From the NCBI GenBank assembly GCA_964016885.1, contig OZ024740.1, positions 276,954,001 through 277,018,000 on the forward strand: 64,000 nucleotides of DNA, in the 5' to 3' direction. Below the pieces are notes generated by a model, which saw only the letters and a list, made by a program, of their open reading frames with translations, made no database searches and was not told the DNA's origin. Origin of the DNA: Eledone cirrhosa (Eukaryota). The position numbers were made by a program, and so were the translations under genes. Of the stretch, positions 39,881 to 54,690 are shown in pieces (positions within the stretch are counted from its first letter, which is position 1; the number at the start of each line of letters is the position of its first letter).

Positions 39881-40486
39881 TATTGGGTTGGTGAAAAGTT
39901 CGACCTTTTTTTTTTTTTTTTTTCAAGCAAAAGTAAGACATGTTTTAAATACAGCCATTTATTCAATCAAAGGTGTTTACCGCTTCGTTCCAGTATATTA
40001 CACCATCTTGTGGGTAGATCCATAATTCCCTGCTCAAAACATTTCCTTTATTTACTGGGGAAAAACTCTTCCAGGTAAAGTTATACATCCACTACAGAGT
40101 TTAAGGTTTGAAAAAACTGAAACGGGTAGAAATCTGTAAGCATCGTATCTGATAAATATGGAAAATGTGATAAAATTTCCCTGACAAACTCCAATGACTT
40201 CTGCAAATAAGAATGTGGTTTGACATTATTGTGATATGTTTCTGCCACTTGCCTTTTTAAATAAAAAAAGCATGTCAATAAAGTACATTTTGTTTCCCCA
40301 TTTTCAAGGTGAACCTTGAACATAAAATACAACCAGTCTCATCACAATTTCGCATCAAACTATGTTGAAGAGTCAAGTATCTAACAGATGTCCATATCCA
40401 AGGGGCAGACTGAAGTTAGCTACGCATTAGAGTGCTTCATGTTTAGTGTCAACAAAAATCGAACGAACCTTTTGGCCAACCCAATA
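39881..40486 (-). mobile_element. Decayed, internally deleted mariner relic
   Basis: TIRs tattgggttggtgaaaagttcg and cgaaccttttggccaacccaata; minus strand encodes FEQGIMDLPTRW..ILERSG (mariner C-terminus). Confidence 0.75.
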
Positions 40487-42122
40487 TTTATCGAACGTAT
40501 TTAAAATAGCATACATTTTCATAACAGAATCATCCACTAAATGAGATTGTGGTCTTTGTTAGTTCGTGGAAAGATTAACACCATTTGATGACTTGGCATA
40601 TTGATCTTTCATACTAAATTAGCTGTTAGTAGCTATTTAGACACATGATTTGAAATATTGCCACACGGAAGAAATTTTTTCATCATTTTTTCTTCATTTC
40701 CTTCTGTCTCAGTTTCTTTCTACTTCTTAGTATTAGTTCTTTTTTTGTTTTGTTTTTTGTTCTTTTGTTGTTGTTTTTTTATCTAAATAATATGTCGAAT
40801 ATACGTGTATAATCAACTTAATCAAATACTTATATTATTGTTTCGTACGCTATCGATTCCAGAAGGATTAAATACATATAGACACCAAGGGTTTTAAACA
40901 CAAGGCATTAAAAAAGACAATTATATATTGCAATATGTTGTTGGAGTTGTTGTTAAGTCTCACTGCAGTCCTAATAGAAAATCAGTGACAATACAGTCAT
41001 CATTTCAGATACAATGGCGCTTTCCATTTTCGAGATAGTAGTGGAGTGGCTTTAGTGATTTAACCAACTTGTTCTAACAAATAGAGCAGCCTCAAAGATT
41101 CTTATTCATTAGATCATAGTTATAAATAGATTTTGATACCTCTGCTGATATTATAATTAATATTAAAACTGGAATTGCAGAAATCGTAAAGTATGTTTTG
41201 AAAGAAATGTGTAGTTGATTGGATAAATTGCACAGTCAAATGACCTTAACAGAGACCAATGTGTTGCAAGCATTCAGACGAGGAAGACAGCACAACCCAT
41301 GTGCCATCCTCCAGTTTGAAGATAAACATAAGCCGTGCTTTTCCTTCTTTTTTATCCAGCAGCTTCAAATTACCTGTGATTAGATCAAAGGTGCTGTTGT
41401 TCTTCCTCTCCTGAATAAAAGATATGAAAGTTAAAATGAGAGAGGTGAGGACTGCATTTCTTAGCATATCAAACATCCTTTTAGTATCTCTCTGGGTGGC
41501 GTGAGATATTAATATTTGAGGTTACGAATGACGATGGGATTTTCACCTAGAAATGTTCCCTTCCGAGACACTAGTCTTGGCAAGGTGCTTTTGTGAAAGA
41601 CTACCAGTTGTACATGCATACCAGCCTCGCCTATCCACTCCACCGATACTGCTCAAGGGAAAGGCTAAGGTCGATATAGATTGGCACCAGTGACGTTGCA
41701 ACTCATTTCTCCAGCATGAGGAAATTAATAACTGCTTACCAATTCATTAAGGAACAACTGACACTAACCATTTTTAAATAGTACAAAATAATATTGAGTG
41801 TCTCGTAGCGAAATACAAACTGGGTGTTTCCTGTTTGCATTTAAACTACGTTTTGAACGTTTTGATATGTAAGTCTATTTTGAGACATTTTCCCATTGTG
41901 TTTACGAAGCGGGGGTGTTGTTCTAAAAACCTAAAACCTTAAATCCATATTTAGACGGTATCAAATATGCGTTTGGTTTTAGCATCAGCCTGTATGTATA
42001 TGCTAGTGGGTGTTTTTGGCTATATAATCAGTATATGTGTCAGTATTTGCCTGTGGTAATATCAATATCTTATTTGTATGTAGGTCATGATAATGATTTT
42101 GTGTATATGCCTCATGCAATAA

Positions 42123-42951
<829 letters not shown>

Positions 42952-43240
42952 ATTTAGAAGAAGGCAAAGGCGGAAAGGTCAATGTCCTCCCACTAGAAAT
43001 AGTAGCAGTAAAAACGACCAACATTTTATCTCAACCTTAGGGATAATTAATAATAATAAAGTATGTTTTCTTACGTGCAAAAAATGCATATAGGGACACA
43101 TGTATTATCCAACCGTATGCCAATGTGGTTCTATGGCAGGTTAATAAATTAACGAGCCAGAACATATTTAATCAAGGTTTAGCAAATAGATAAAAAGTTT
43201 TAAAATAAATTTTAAAAAGTTTACTGTACTTACTATATTT

Positions 43241-43324
43241 ACCCTTACCGCGCGGTTTCAATTTTCAAATTAAATGGATAATCCATGCGGACCAGCATTG
43301 AGAAGGAGAATTTCGTCAGAGGGT
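43241..43324 (-). ncRNA. Hammerhead ribozyme, family H3 (inverted copy)
   Basis: Reverse complement of 43637-43720; core intact. Confidence 0.78.
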
Positions 43325-43636
43325 TCTTCTCACTGCCATAGAACCACATTGGCATACGGTTGGATAATACATGTGTCCCTATATGCATTTTTTGCACGTA
43401 AGAAAACATACTTTATTATTATTAATCTCCCCTAAGGTCCAGATAAAATTTTGGTCGCTTTTACTGCTGCTATTTCTAGTGGCAGGACATTGACCTTTCC
43501 GCCCTTGCCTTCTATCTTTACACACGGCACTAGACAAGATTGTTTCCTTATCATACACTCTCATCTGGGAACAGTACTGTATGGCGCCAGTTCGTGATTT
43601 GAACTCGGGCTATTTTATATTCTCCGAGTGAGAAGA

Positions 43637-43720
43637 ACCCTCTGACGAAATTCTCCTTCTCAATGCTGGTCCGCATGGATTATCCATTTAATTTGAAAAT
43701 TGAAACCGCGCGGTAAGGGT
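43637..43720 (+). ncRNA. Hammerhead ribozyme, family H3, long helix II
   Basis: accct-CTGACGA(43642)-aatt...aatt-GAAA(43702)-ccgcgcgg-TA-agggt; palindromic helix III accgcgcggt. Confidence 0.8.
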
Positions 43721-43904
43721 AAATATAGTAAGTACAGTAAACTTTTTAAATTTATTTTAAAACTTTTTCTCTATTTGCTAAACCTTGATTAAATATGTTC
43801 TGGCTCGTTAATTTATTAACCTGCCATAGAACCACATTGGCATACGGTTGGATAATACATGTGTCCCTATATGCATATTTTGCACGTAGGAAAACATACT
43901 TTAT

Positions 43905-43993
<89 letters not shown>

Positions 43994-44071
43994 TAATATA
44001 TATATATATATATATATACATATATAATATATATATATATACATATATAATATATATATATATATATATAT

Positions 44072-44123
<52 letters not shown>

Positions 44124-44176
44124 TGAGATTCTACAGGACTAGAACTGTTTCAACCCGGATTCAACCCGGAATAACG

Positions 44177-44220
<44 letters not shown>

Positions 44221-44402
44221 TAGAGTCAGGGAGAGAGAAAGAAAGAAAAAGAGAGACAGTGAGATAGTGTGAGATAGACAACGATAGTGTGGAAATATTT
44301 ACGATCAACAATATCAGCTAATTATTAATTTCGCCGCCATAACATATATACATCCAAGTGATCATCATGTAAGATTATGTGCATTCACATACACACAGAC
44401 AT

Positions 44403-44552
<150 letters not shown>

Positions 44553-45428
44553 GTGTATGTGTGTGTATTACGATTTTACAGATAGATACAGTACTATAAT
44601 GCATAGGGGCATCAAATATTTTCTCGACCCGGACGCTTAGATACTTATTAAATAAAAGTAGGGGAAAAGAGTAAAATTAGAGCGGACTCAATACAATACA
44701 GCTGTGTAGCGACGATACCAAAATAGAACATACAAGCGCGATTAAGAAATTTAACAATAAAACATTTCGCCCGGTTCACATGGTTTCCTTTCTACTAAAA
44801 CTGTTAATTACAATCATTAAAATTTGCTAATTAACAGTTAAATGATTTTATAATATTTGAAGTTGGCAAGAATTCTCATCACTAAGCATTTGTCCTTAAA
44901 TAGAGCAAATGAAAGTCCTGTGCATTCACCTGAGGAGTACAAAGCCTACTGTTGGCATTTGCGTATGGACTGGTGCAGATAGCTCATGTAATGGTATTAT
45001 AAAAGAATATAACTTTAATGGACGAGTATATATTACAATGTATGTATTTGTCGATCGACCTTCGTCAAATCAGACCGAGGAAACAATGTTTCCGTTGGAC
45101 TTTTCAATTGTTAATACTATCTATCGGTTGCAACTCCCGGTAGAAGGAGCAATAAATGCAGCAATAAATAAAACGTCTTCTAACTCTATGTCTATCTTAG
45201 TTTAAATCCAAAGAAATATTTATCTAATCCTGTCCAGCTTTTAATATATGCATATATATATGTATTTATATATGCCATCCACTGTCTACCTTTTCAAACT
45301 CTGCAAACCGAACACGGACCGCAACAGCCACCAAATGGGGATGACGGACGTTATCAAGCTGCAGTTCTCATATTACGTAGTTTCTATATAATAAAGCTAA
45401 TACGGTTATTAAATATCTGTAGCGACAA

Positions 45429-45645
45429 TTGGCTGTATCCGTAGAGTCGGACACCCTGCTTTACAGCATAGAATCACGGTCCTTTACGGTCTGAGTTCAA
45501 ATCGTACCGAGTTTAACTTTGCTTTTCATCCTTACGGGGTCGATAAATAAAGGCATCAGGGTCGATAAAATAAAGTACTGGGGTCGATTTAATCGACTTT
45601 CCTCTCCCCCCAAATTACTGGCATTGTGCCTATGCTAGAAATCAT
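45429..45645 (+). mobile_element. tRNA-derived SINE (variant 3' end)
   Basis: 15-bp TSD tatctgtagcgacaa at 45414-45428 and 45646-45660. Confidence 0.88.
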
Positions 45646-45899
45646 TATCTGTAGCGACAACGACCCCATTACGTAATGTACTTTAAACCCCAAAATGATC
45701 CACCCTTTATATTTACTACTTGAAGGCAAATATGATAACTTTTGTTACACTATCCCTATATCTACTAACTTATTGCTATCTCAATGTAAATAAAATTCAT
45801 TTCATAAACAAACGCTTTTCATTTGCAAACATGAAATAACCCTGAATGTTCTTAGAATATCCCTTTTAACACTAAGGCACCGACGAAAATGACGTACCA

Positions 45900-46540
45900 G
45901 CAATGTTTCTTCGTATCCCTATCCTACTATATGTTTTAAGAGATGTTTCACTTCTTCGTAAACAATATTCATCTGGCTAGTTATCCTTCCGTAACGTATA
46001 ATTTGACTAGAAAAGACTAAAGATATTGGCTTACAGCTACCTTAAAGCCAAAATCCTTAGTCGTATGTCACTATCGACTTTTGCCATTATCCACTCATCG
46101 CTTCTCGATAGTGACGTCTCAATAATTAACCTTGCTAACGTTGCATCCATTTCCCTTTGCCACTAAACTCTTCGGGTAGTTCTTGTGTAGTAAAGCCTCG
46201 AAATGCCCGGAATTAGGAACAATACACCTACAACAATATACATACAACATCCACCCAACTACCTAATCAGAACTATTCTCCCGATCTTTCTTAATCATTC
46301 CAGAGAGCCAAACTCACAGGAGGATAAATATAAATTCACCCGGAGCGATCTAAAATTTCTGCACATGGTATACCCTTGACGTGCCTGAAAAAATTAGCTG
46401 AGAATGCCGCATAATAATTATTTGCGATATCCCTGACCACCCATACGAATTTATCCTTTGTCCAATAAGCGTATCCAGTGTACCTTACTCTAGACATGAA
46501 GCCCTTGCCGTTGCTGAAGGAACCGCTCAAAATAATTTCC
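45900..46540 (-). pseudogene. Highly decayed Penelope-like reverse transcriptase fragment
   Basis: Minus-strand motifs in the expected order: NNYY..F..NFFRHVKGIP, NYPKSL..VNY*DVTI, KDFGFKV, FSSQIIRYGRITS. Confidence 0.6.
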
Positions 46541-47055
46541 GAAAATTATGCCTACTGTACTAACCACCCCTTTCATATATAACATAAAAACCGAAAAATA
46601 AAATACGTAGGAAGAATGAATAAAAGCATGTATCATCCGTATCAGTCACCCCTGAGCAATTTAGGGTGGTATTCCATACTTCCATATATTAAACCCAGAT
46701 TGGATTGGAGGAAGGCTTTTAATAAACCACCGGAAAGACGCATATGACACAACACAACACAACAACATAGAGAAAGGGTACAACAACAAGTGAGTGTCTT
46801 TCACGGGGAGAGCAAGATGAGTATATAAACAGATAACAATAAAATGTCGTACAACTGGAAACAGGACAGGATACGGTGCAGACAATGATGTGCGGAAAAA
46901 GAGAAATATAAATAGACTTTCGTTAAAAACATGGAGAGAGAGAGAGAGAGAGTGAGTGTGTCTGTGTGTTAGAGAATCTGTACAAAAGAGATATAAATAC
47001 ATAATACACACACACACTCTCTCTCTCTTTCTCTCACACAGAGACACACATACAC

Positions 47056-47058
<3 letters not shown>

Positions 47059-47138
<80 letters not shown>

Positions 47139-47191
47139 CATATATATATATACATATATATATACATATATATATATACATATATATATAC

Positions 47192-47256
<65 letters not shown>

Positions 47257-47279
47257 CATATATACATATACATATATAC

Positions 47280-47330
<51 letters not shown>

Positions 47331-47393
47331 CATATATATATCTACATATGTGTATATATATATATACATATATATATATACATATATATATAC

Positions 47394-47424
<31 letters not shown>

Positions 47425-47425
47425 C

Positions 47426-47470
<45 letters not shown>

Positions 47471-47537
47471 CATATATATATATACATATATATATATACA
47501 TATATATATATATACATATATATATATACATATATAC

Positions 47538-47568
<31 letters not shown>

Positions 47569-47631
47569 CATATATATATATACATATATATACACATATA
47601 TATATAGATATATATATACATATATATATAC

Positions 47632-47696
<65 letters not shown>

Positions 47697-47699
47697 TAC

Positions 47700-47774
<75 letters not shown>

Positions 47775-47805
47775 CATACATATATATATACATATATATA
47801 TATAC

Positions 47806-47841
<36 letters not shown>
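47059..47841. repeat. Long compound (TA)n/(TA)nCA microsatellite
   Basis: Direct inspection. Confidence 0.95.
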
Positions 47842-47842
<1 letters not shown>

Positions 47843-48127
47843 CGTATATAATGGTTGTATGTGTGTATGTCTGTTTCTGTGTTTCTGTACGTGTGTAGCT
47901 ATGCACACACGTCATCCATATTAACTATATGTAATACATACATTGGCTAGATATCACAGCAAAACGCTAAATACATGGCGTCTTCCACTTCCGCAAGAAA
48001 TCTGAAATAGTCCAAAGCAGAGGTCAATAATTCTCTTCCATCACAATAGTTTTGAGTCTTCAAGTCCTTTATGAGTTCTTATGAATATGCATATATACGT
48101 ATATGTAAATGTATATATATATATATA

Positions 48128-48283
48128 GTAATAATAATAAATTTGAAGACTAAAATCCAAAGAGGGCTCGATAAGGATAAATATATATCAAATATATAAG
48201 AACCGTAGAGTAAATATTTATTAAAGTAACAGATTAAAGTTTAAGCAATTCTTTGCTTAAACTTTAATCTGTTATTTTAATAA

Positions 48284-48285
<2 letters not shown>
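48128..48285 (-). mobile_element. Family A mini-element copy (tail plus short palindrome)
   Basis: Reverse complement of the family A tail, with an inverted acagattaaagtttaagca arm. Confidence 0.7.
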
Positions 48286-48315
<30 letters not shown>

Positions 48316-48619
48316 ATGTGTGTGTGTCTGTGTTAGTGTGTGATAGTGTGTATGTGTGCGTGTGTGTGTGTGTGTGTATGTGTGTGTGTGTGCGCGCGTG
48401 TGTGCGTCTATGCATATGTCTGTGCATATGTCTATGCATATGTCTGTGCATATATATATATATAGTATATATATATATATATATATATAGATTTTACATA
48501 CATATGAGTGTATGTGACTTTCTGATTATTTGTGTCTCTCAATACATACACACACACATATAGATATATGTATACATATATTTATTTTTCTTCTCCCTCT
48601 CGCTCTCTCGCTCTCTTTT

Positions 48620-48716
<97 letters not shown>

Positions 48717-49206
48717 GTATTTTATTGTATTTTGCAGTTTAGCAATTGCCGGCTTAACTGGTTATATGCTTAACTGTCTGTGCTGTCGAACCGCGAGTTT
48801 AGCGATTGCGGCGTGTTTGTGTGATTACCTACAACCTTTGGGACTTAGGCGCAATTTAAAATTATAGCCGGAACAAATGCAACATAACATCACGTCGGCC
48901 TAAAAATACTAGTGATCCAATTTCTTGTATTTGTAATATATTTATTGATCTATCATGCCTGAACAAATGGAATGTAAGTTGATCTCGGCAAAATTTGAAT
49001 TAAGAGCAGAAATCGGCGGTACGTTTGAGACGAACTTTTGATGATTCTGTCAATTTTATAAATATATGTATATCATTCTGTCATTACCATAAGAAAAGTT
49101 CGAGGTGGTTTTGATTCCAAGGCCGGGCCCGATCGATACATATATATATATATATATATCGATACAATATATACCAATATGTATATCATATATATATATA
49201 TATACA

Positions 49207-51543
49207 TGTAGGACATGAGTTTTATTGTAGCACAATAAAACAATGCAAATATCGGATAAGTAGCACTCAACAGTTTATAGGACTCGAGTATAAATAATAT
49301 AAAATCAAAAGATGTTTAAAAGAGTTCCATGTATTTTATTATACGCATTTCAAAAACAAATATCATCATGGGATGATATGTGCGTTCTCATTATATAAAA
49401 TAGAGAGACATGATATGAAGCTTATAAAACACTTGTGAGCAGTGAAGTGTTAAATCAACATATGAAAAATAAAATAAGATGGATATATGAGATTGGAAAA
49501 AAGGAAAGGAAGCGAGGAAGGAAAAGGTAAGGAAGAGGAAGAAATAATATAGATAGAAGAAAAAAAATAATAATAAGGAAAAGATGACGGAGGAGGAGTA
49601 TAAGAAGGAAGGATGAGTGAGGATGAGAAAATGAGTGAGAGAGAGAGATGACCTTTAATACTGAGAAACACTGTCTCACAGAGAGAAATTTAAAAAAACC
49701 TTGTAAAGTAATACATAATTTTAAAAAAATTAAGAAATTATAAGTTAATGAGGTTTATGAATGGTGATGCTTATGATTAAAGAAAAAGGAATTAAGAATA
49801 CTATTTATTTAAGGTTTATATATTGATGTGCGAATAAGATGTTTATATAAGATGTGCGAAAAGAAATTTATTAAAATGTATTATTAAAATAAAATATATT
49901 AAGAAGATAAGGTGAATGAAGATAACGTTAAATGAATTATGAACTAATTAGGAATTAATTAGAGTTCAAGTTTGTTTCCATATATTGTAATAGGAAAAAG
50001 TAAATAATAGATTTAATACGAGCACTGAAGGAGAGAAGAAAGAAACATTTCAAGGAAGAAAAAATATATAACGTCAAAAAAATATGTTTACAAAATTTCT
50101 CTAATGGTAGTATTAGTATATATTAAAAATAAAAATTTGTATGGCCGAGAGTATAAGGAAAATGCTAGTTGAGAAGTAAAAGTTGCAGATTAAAGATTAG
50201 AAATTAAAAAAGAAGAAAATTAGGGGACCGCTAACGACATAGTATGAGTAATATTGTATAATATACTGAAATAAGGTAGAAAGATGGGTATATTTGTAAA
50301 AAATATAAAAGCGTTTGAGAGAAGAAGATTTTAAACTAATTAGGTAGTAAGATATTAGCTGTATACTTCATGGAAAGTTCTATGGGATTTATGCAAGCAG
50401 AGCGAAAATAAATCCGTACGTCTATTTATTATAGAATTAAAATTAGAGATAATTCCTCTTTTAAATACCAACTTAAAAGGAACTAACACGGCACTCTCGG
50501 AACGCATATGGTCCTTAAAGGACAAAAATATTAACCACAACATTTCTTGGAGGAAGGTTTGCAACGCCTCTCCTTACCTTAATTCTTCCCTCTCCAGAAC
50601 ATGTAATCTCTGCCTAGCGGAGAAATTTACCATTATCTCTAATTTTAATTCTATATTAATTTATTATACGTACGGATTTATTTTCGCTTTTTCCTTATAC
50701 TCTCGGCCATACAAATTTTTATTTTTAATATATACTAATACTACCATTAGAGAAATTTTGTAAACAATTTTTTGACGTTATATATTTTTTCTTCCTTGAA
50801 ATTTTTCTTTCTTCTCTCCTTCAGTGCTCGCATTAAATCTATTATTTACTTTTTCCTATTACAATATATAGAAACAAACTTGGACCCTAATTAATTCCTT
50901 TAAGTTCATAATTCATTTAACCTTATCTTCATTCACCTTATCTTCTTAATATATTTTATTTTAATAATACATTTTAATAAATTTCTTTTCGCACATCTTA
51001 TTAAACCCTTCAATATATAAACCTTAAATAAATAGTATTCTTAATTCCTTTTTCTTTAATCATAAGCATCACCATTCATAAACCTCATTAACTTATAATT
51101 TCTTAATTTTTTTAAAATTATGTATCACTTTACAACGTTTTTTTTTATTTTTCTCTGTGAGACAGTGTTTCTCAGTATTAAAGGTTATCTCTCTCTCTCT
51201 CTCTCACTCATTTTCTCCTCCTCTCTCATCCTTCCTTCTTATACTCCTCCTCCGTCATCTTTTCCTTATTATTTTTTTTTCTATCTATATCCTTTCTTCA
51301 TCCTCCTTACCTTTTCCTTTCTCTCTTCCTTTCCTTTTTTCCAATCTCATATATCCATCTTATTTTATTTTTCATATGTTGATTTAACACTTCACTGCTC
51401 GCAAGTGTTTTTTAAGCTTCATATCATGTCTCCCTATTTTATCTGATGAGAACGCAAATATCATCCCATGATGATATTTGTTTTTGAAATGCGCATAATA
51501 AAATACATGGAACTCTTTTAACCATCTTTTGATTTTATATTAT
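49207..51543. mobile_element. Penelope-like element forming a ~2.3-kb inverted repeat (GIY-YIG C-terminus, AT-rich 3' UTR, hammerhead)
   Basis: Plus strand 50461-50655 encodes [30 protein letters not shown]. The minus arm encodes [15 protein letters not shown]. 49294-50160 mirrors 50690-51543. Confidence 0.85.
51435..51505 (+). ncRNA. Minimal type-I hammerhead ribozyme (H1-related)
   Basis: tattttat-CTGATGA(51443), helix II caaatatcatc/gatgatatttg, GAAA(51486)-tgcgca-TA-ataaaata. Confidence 0.88.
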
Positions 51544-51570
51544 ATATGTATATATATATATATATATATA

Positions 51571-51910
51571 ATTGAATATAAAAGAAAAACGAACTCAGAT
51601 ATATACATCTAGGAGTTCAAATCGTAAGGGACCAGATTCGCTAAGGTGAAAAGTATACTAACTATAGACAATTGGGTTTGCTTATCTCAATTTAAGAAAA
51701 AAATCAAGATTGAGACAAGCAAACCCAATTGTCTATAGTATTCTTTTCACCTCAGCGAATCTGGTCACTTACGATTTGAACACATATATGTATGTATCTG
51801 TGTTCGTTTTTCTTTTATATTCAATTATAATATACGGCTCGGAAATATCTCTTTCTTAGAGCTATTTTGTTGTAAGAGACTGTTTTGAGTTCTTAACTCA
51901 CTATATACCT
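51571..51910 (+). mobile_element. (TA)n-flanked palindromic element (IR 51571-51826 plus tail), related to 371-471
   Basis: Arms mirror about ~51700; ends attgaatata and gagctatttt.ttgtaa are shared with 371-471. Confidence 0.6.
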
Positions 51911-52246
51911 TTGATATATATATATAGGAAATTGTGTGTAATCCTTGGTACATCCAGGGATGTTTTGAAACAGGAAAGGAATGACGTCGCTTATAGCTGG
52001 TGTTCTAAACAATTCAATTTTACAATTTTACAATGTACATCTCTATGTGTGCGTGCGTGCGTGCGTGCGTACGTGTGTGTGACTGAATCTGTGACTACCT
52101 CAAAGAAAATCCAATTGTATCTGCCCCAGTGTAGCAACAACCTCTATTTATACCTAATATAGTTATAAAGAAAAAAAAATTAAACGGACAAAGGAAGAAT
52201 ATCACGTTTTCTTTTCACCAAAGCACCCTTTATAGACCACCATTAA

Positions 52247-52464
52247 TAATGATTTCTAGTATAGGCCATTAATTGGGGGGGGGGGGGGGGGGAGTCGATT
52301 AAATCTACCCCAATACGTGACTGGTGCTTTATTTAATCGCCCCCTTAAGGATGAAAAGCAAAGTTAACCTCGGCGGGATTTGAACTCAGACCATAAAGGG
52401 CCGTAACTCTTTGCTGCAAAGCATGGCGTCCGACCCTCTACCAATACTGCCAATCCACCGCCCT
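52247..52464 (-). mobile_element. tRNA-derived SINE
   Basis: Family consensus; cattaataat duplicated on both sides. Confidence 0.85.
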
Positions 52465-52713
52465 TAGATAATCATTAATAATCCGATGATCAATCCTAAA
52501 GATTTTGGGAATATATAATTGCTAAGGTGACTTTCACTTATTCTTTCTACCTGATATTTTGCTTTCCCTTTCAATTCTCTTCAGATTATTTTCTTGCCAA
52601 TCTAACCCGATGGCATTGTACAGCTTTCTAAACAAACAAATGAATATTTTCGTTTCATATTCCACAATGCTTCAAGCACATGCACATGATCACACCGTAT
52701 GTACATATATATA

Positions 52714-52783
<70 letters not shown>

Positions 52784-52823
52784 CGCTATCACTAACATAG
52801 CATTCATAATAGCAGTCTATATG

Positions 52824-52861
<38 letters not shown>

Positions 52862-53489
52862 TGTGTGCGTGGGGGGGGGGGGGGGTCGCTGCGAATTTAA
52901 TAAGTTGTAATCATGACACAGCATTTCGGCAAATTATTCCGTCATCCGTGATCTTTATGTAGATGTTTACGAATAATTGTTTTGTGAGGCACACATTTCA
53001 AATTTCCCTAGTGTATCTCTGGTCAATCGCATTGTTCGCATTTCTAGCTTTTGACTTATAATTTTTTATAAGGATTGGTAGCCACTGGCTCTTTAGAAGA
53101 GTGGATAATGGCCTTACCCGACATCCACCGAAAGATGCAGGGTTCGATTTCTCCTAGGTGGCTTTCAAGCGTCTCTGTCCTTCTGGGATGTAATCTGGAT
53201 GGAAGTACCAACAAAAATGTGGTTGATTGAAATAGCATCGGGAAAATGTCAAATATGTACATCAATAATGGGAAGCGATCGCTATAATTAACAGCCGGGA
53301 AAATCTGATAAACTACCCGGGGGACACGAAAAACTGGATTGTGTCCCCTACAGAGGTTTTAACCCCTCATCGATGAAACACCAAATTAAAGGTCCCCTAG
53401 ATTAATCTATAAATAATTATAATTACAGCTTAAAATAGTATTGAATTGTTTCTGCTGTTCCTTGGTGCCATATATATATATATATATAT

Positions 53490-53886
53490 ATATTGAAAAG
53501 ATAACAAAGACGATTGGCTACTCCATTTTTACATTTATTGGTAGGTGACGCGCGTTTCGCCACTGATCAGCTGAAGGTGCGATCTGTATCGATCTTACCC
53601 GACTCTATAATCCGCAGCTCGACGGATCCTTTTCTACTAGCATTTTAAGGGATCCATCGAGCTGCGGATTATAGAGTCGGGTAAGATCGATACAGATCGA
53701 ACCTTGAGCTGATCAGTGGCGAAACGCGCGTCACCTACCAATAAATGTAAAAAAAGAGTACCCAATCGTCCTTGTTATCTTTTCAATATAATACACTCTG
53801 TATAGCTCTACACCTCGACACAGAAGTGAACCTAAACATCGAGTGTCACCCGGGTGAACCTGCTGTAACTCCAAGTCACACTCCCT
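53490..53886 (+). mobile_element. Family C palindromic PLE-type terminus (IR ~53490-53790 plus tail) with 3' half hammerhead
   Basis: ~140-bp arms; GAAA-cgcgcg-TC followed by aataaa; tail shared with 2305-2405; (TA)n flanks. Confidence 0.7.
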
Positions 53887-53932
53887 ATATATATATATAT
53901 ATATATGTGTGTTTATATGATTTTATATATAT

Positions 53933-54375
53933 ATAAATGTAATCTGAGTTTTTTGAATATTAATAATAACATTCGATTCGTTTGCAATTATGCAAAGAAG
54001 CCTCAACTTTATAGCCATGTCAGTAGAATGAACCCTTCATTCTTGCTCTTGTGTTGCCAGTCTGCTAATGTGCAAATCAGGCCGATCAGTCACTGTGTAT
54101 TTTTGAAAATAGCATATATTTTCACTAGCTCTGACAGTTTAGCAGGTGAACAGTAAGCTGTACTGATGAAGGGTGATATCCAGAAACATTAGTATCTGCA
54201 GTTCTGTTAACATGCCAACACAAGAGCAAGAATGAAGGGTTCATTCTACTGACATGGTTATAAAATTGAGGTTTCTTTGCATAATTGCAAACAAATCGAA
54301 TGTTATTATTAATATTCTAAAAACTCAAATTACATTTATTGTATTCAGCCATGTAGAGCGAAAAAAGTTTTCTTT
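53933..54375 (+). mobile_element. Palindromic PLE-type terminus with hammerhead in the spacer
   Basis: IR 53933-54056 / 54216-54339; tail shared with 71-145. Confidence 0.7.
54156..54203 (+). ncRNA. Hammerhead ribozyme candidate (helix III imperfect)
   Basis: agctgta-CTGATGA(54163)-agggtgatatcca-GAAA(54183)-cattagta-TC-tgcagtt. Confidence 0.6.
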
Positions 54376-54454
54376 TTTATATATTTATATATATATATAT
54401 ATATATGTTTATATAATTATATATCTATCTATGTTTATATAATTATATATATGA

Positions 54455-54606
54455 AACTTTCAGACGATATCGTTAATGGTGAAAGCACCGATTCTTTGCT
54501 TAAACTTTAATCTGTTATTTTAATAAATATTTGCTCTATGGTTTTTATATATTTTGATTACCGAGCCCACTTCGGATTTTAGTCTTCATATTTATTATTT
54601 TATCGC
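54455..54606 (+). mobile_element. Family A mini-element copy with CAGACGA core
   Basis: ttt-CAGACGA(54461)-tatcgttaatggt-GAAA(54481)-gca..tgc-TT-aaa plus the family A tail. Confidence 0.7.
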
Positions 54607-54641
54607 TATATTATACATATATAATTATATGTTTATATAAT

Positions 54642-54690
<49 letters not shown>

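Larger units (their letters stand above)
42957..43910. mobile_element. Overlapping inverted repeats of a PLE pLTR with two hammerheads
   Basis: 43049-43333 is the reverse complement of 43628-43910, and 42957-43138 is the reverse complement of 43335-43515. Ends in (TA)n. Confidence 0.8.

Noticed and set aside
44909-45205. 98-aa non-repetitive ORF as a possible host exon
   Set aside because: No recognisable domain, and no splice-supported structure can be established from sequence alone.
53056-53470. Possible decayed long-helix-II hammerhead island (agcgatcgct palindrome, internal hairpins)
   Set aside because: No intact CUGANGA or GAAA in the required register.
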